From the NCBI GenBank assembly GCA_036336835.1, contig JAYZFK010000062.1, positions 32,001 to 96,000 of the forward strand: DNA of 64,000 bases, given 5' to 3'. The notes below the pieces were generated by a model. That model did no database searches. It saw only the letters and a list, made by a program, of their open reading frames with translations, and was not told where the DNA came from. The position numbers and the translations under genes were made by a program. The stretch comes from Myxococcota bacterium. Its GTDB lineage: Bacteria; Myxococcota_A; UBA9160; UBA4427. This document shows positions 61,786 to 64,000 of this stretch, piece by piece (positions within the stretch are counted from its first letter, which is position 1; each line of letters starts with the position of its first letter).

Positions 61786-63852
61786 ATCGACCCCGGATCG
61801 GCAGCCGGCCCGCGCGGCCGCGACAATCACCTCTATCTGGTCGTCCTGGCGATCGCAGTAGGTCTGGTGGGCGCGATCGGCGCGGTGTTGTTCCGGCTGA
61901 TGATTCGCAGCGTAACGGCCGTGGCGTTCGAAGGAGCCGACGGCTTCGCAACGCTGGCCGAGGAGGGAATCCTCGCCGAAGCGAGCGATCCGTTGCACGC
62001 GGCGCAACGGATCGCCTGGTACTGGAGCATCATCATCCCGACTGCCGGTGGGCTCGTCGTCGGCCCGCTCGTCTGGTTCTTCGCTCGCGAGGCGCGGGGT
62101 CACGGCATTCCAGAGGTGATGAAGGCCGTGGCGCTGCGCGGCGGTGTGATCCGGCCGCGGGTCGTCTCCATGAAGGCAGTGTCTTCCGCCGTCACGATCG
62201 GCACGGGAGGATCTGCCGGGAGCGAGGGGCCGATCGTCCAGATCGGGGCCGCGTTCGGGTCGATGCTCGGCCAGATGCTCGGTGTCCGCGTCCGAGAGGT
62301 CCGCACGCTCGTCGCGTGCGGTGCCGCAGCGGGCATCTCGGCGACCTTCAACGCACCAATCGCCGGCGCGTTGTTCGCTGCGGAGGTGATCGTCGGAGAC
62401 TTCGCGGTCGCACAGTTCAGCCCGATCGTGATCTCTTCCGTCGTTGCGACCGTCGTCTCGCGCTTTGCTCTCGGCAACCATCCCGCATTCCCGGTCCCCG
62501 AGTACGAGATCGTGAGTCCGTTCGAGATCGCACCGTACATGGTCGCAGGCGTCGTCGCCGGGCTGGTGGGTGTCGCCTTCATCCGCATCCTCGTCTTCAC
62601 CGAGGAACGGTTCGAGGCGCTGGCGATTCCCGACTACCTCAAGGCGGGACTCGGCGGCGCACTCGTCGGAACGATCGGCATCGCCCTCCCGCAGGTATTT
62701 GGCGTTGGCTACACGACGATCGGCGCGGCGCTCGCCGGTCAGCTGACCGCGGGAGTGCTGGCCGCCCTGCTGGTCGCCAAGCTGCTCGCGACTTCGATCA
62801 CCCTCGGATCGGGCGGCTCGGGGGGCATCTTCGCCCCCTCGCTCTTCCTCGGCGCAATGACCGGCGGCGTCCTCGGTAGCTTCATCCACCAATGGTTCCC
62901 CGACGCCACCGCGACATCGGGTGCCTATGCCCTCGTCACGATGGGCGCGGTGGTCGCAGCCACGACCCAGGCTCCGATCAGCGCCATCCTGATCATCTTC
63001 GAAATGACGCAGACCATCGAGATCATTCCAGCCCTGATGGCGGCGTGCGTGCTCTCGACACTCGTCTCGTCGCAGCTGTCGAGCGACTCGATCTACACGG
63101 CCAAGCTGCGACGTCAGGGGATCGACATCTTCAAGCGCGACGACCCCAACGCCCTCAAGGCGCTGTTCGTGCGCGACGCGATGGATCACGAGCCAGAGAT
63201 CATCCCGGCCAATGCGAGCTTCCAGACACTGCTCGACCTCGTCGTCAAGAGCCGTCATTCACAGTTCTTCGTGGTGGACACGCAGTCGAAGCTGCTCGGC
63301 GCCATCGCCCTCGACGAGGTACGGCGGCTGATCTATGAGGGCGACGCACTGACGGACGTGGTGGTCGCCGGCGACCTCGTCGAACGGAGGCCCGTGCTCA
63401 AGCCCGACGACGACCTCGACCTCGCATCACGCCTGTTTGCCGCGACGCGCGTGCACGAGATCGCGGTCGTCCACCGCGACAACAAGCAGCGTCTGATCGG
63501 CACGCTCCACGACTGGGAGGTAGTCGAAGCGCACGGGCGCGAGATGATGCGGCGCGACCTCGCGGGCGGCCTCGGTGCGAGCATGACGGCCGTCGGCCAG
63601 GGCGGACGCATCGACCTCGGCGGCGGATTCGCGTTGCAGCAGATCACCGCGCCGCCGAGCGCCTTCGGCCGCTCACTTCGCGATCTCGAGCTGCGGCGGC
63701 AGCTCGGCGTACAGGTGCTGTTGATTCGCGCGATGCGCAGCGGTGCCGTGCGCGTTCCGGGATCCGACGATCTGGTGATGGAGGGCGATGCGCTGGTCGT
63801 CGCCGGATCGGTCGAGGCCATCGACTCGCTCCAGCGGCTCGCAGGAGCCTGA
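61786..63852 (+). CDS. ClC-family chloride channel/transporter with CBS pair and C-terminal TrkA-C (RCK_C) domain
   Basis: GHGIPE, GSEGP, FNAP, GGIFAP, SIYT; start probably ATC 61786, otherwise GTG 61867. Confidence 0.9.
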   Translation: MDPGSAAGPRGRDNHLYLVVLAIAVGLVGAIGAVLFRLMIRSVTAVAFEGADGFATLAEEGILAEASDPLHAAQRIAWYWSIIIPTAGGLVVGPLVWFFAREARGHGIPEVMKAVALRGGVIRPRVVSMKAVSSAVTIGTGGSAGSEGPIVQIGAAFGSMLGQMLGVRVREVRTLVACGAAAGISATFNAPIAGALFAAEVIVGDFAVAQFSPIVISSVVATVVSRFALGNHPAFPVPEYEIVSPFEIAPYMVAGVVAGLVGVAFIRILVFTEERFEALAIPDYLKAGLGGALVGTIGIALPQVFGVGYTTIGAALAGQLTAGVLAALLVAKLLATSITLGSGGSGGIFAPSLFLGAMTGGVLGSFIHQWFPDATATSGAYALVTMGAVVAATTQAPISAILIIFEMTQTIEIIPALMAACVLSTLVSSQLSSDSIYTAKLRRQGIDIFKRDDPNALKALFVRDAMDHEPEIIPANASFQTLLDLVVKSRHSQFFVVDTQSKLLGAIALDEVRRLIYEGDALTDVVVAGDLVERRPVLKPDDDLDLASRLFAATRVHEIAVVHRDNKQRLIGTLHDWEVVEAHGREMMRRDLAGGLGASMTAVGQGGRIDLGGGFALQQITAPPSAFGRSLRDLELRRQLGVQVLLIRAMRSGAVRVPGSDDLVMEGDALVVAGSVEAIDSLQRLAGA

Positions 63853-63868
63853 GCCCTAGTCCCTGGGC

Positions 63869-64000
63869 TCAGATGCGTTGGTCGAGCACGATCCGCACGC
63901 CGCGCGTGCCCGGTGCCACCGCAACCTCGGCACTGCCGCTGAGATCGCCGGGCTGCCGCGTCATTGCATCTCCGTCGCCGTCGAGACGCACCGTGAGCTG
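63869..64000 (-). CDS. C-terminal end of a CcmI/CycH-C-terminal-like protein; gene starts beyond the window
   Basis: QLTVRLDGDGDAMTRQPGDLSG..VRIVLDQRI*. Confidence 0.55.
   Translation of the reverse strand, partial: QLTVRLDGDGDAMTRQPGDLSGSAEVAVAPGTRGVRIVLDQRI

Overview
GC-rich bacterial chromosomal window with dense, mostly housekeeping and metabolic genes. The gene content resembles Myxococcota/deltaproteobacterial lineages (inference only). I found no rRNA, tRNA, CRISPR array, transposase, integrase or phage gene. Recognisable blocks: a HelD-like helicase, an Rrf2-sufBCDSUT operon with a clear promoter/operator, folK/cysH, plsB, a carotenoid-oxygenase + Baeyer-Villiger monooxygenase pair, IclR-ilvE-proS-flap endonuclease, rnd, pepP-acs, mutY-Smr-aroC and a ClC transporter. 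Most notable observations: (1) an unannotated, highly structured ~190-nt candidate sRNA (48222-48411, minus strand) with a sigma54 promoter, IHF consensus sites and a terminator, convergent with RNase D; (2) a stand-alone 71-aa prokaryotic histone with a Lys/Arg-rich N-terminal tail (9057-9272), hidden inside a longer spurious ORF; (3) a translationally coupled aminotransferase-luxE-luxC operon without luciferase, a candidate acid-to-aldehyde-to-amine pathway; (4) a PuuD-type membrane domain with a separately encoded cytochrome c next to it; (5) a decayed FAD-oxidoreductase pseudogene and two probable non-canonical start codons. All functional calls come from motif recognition by eye; no database search was run.
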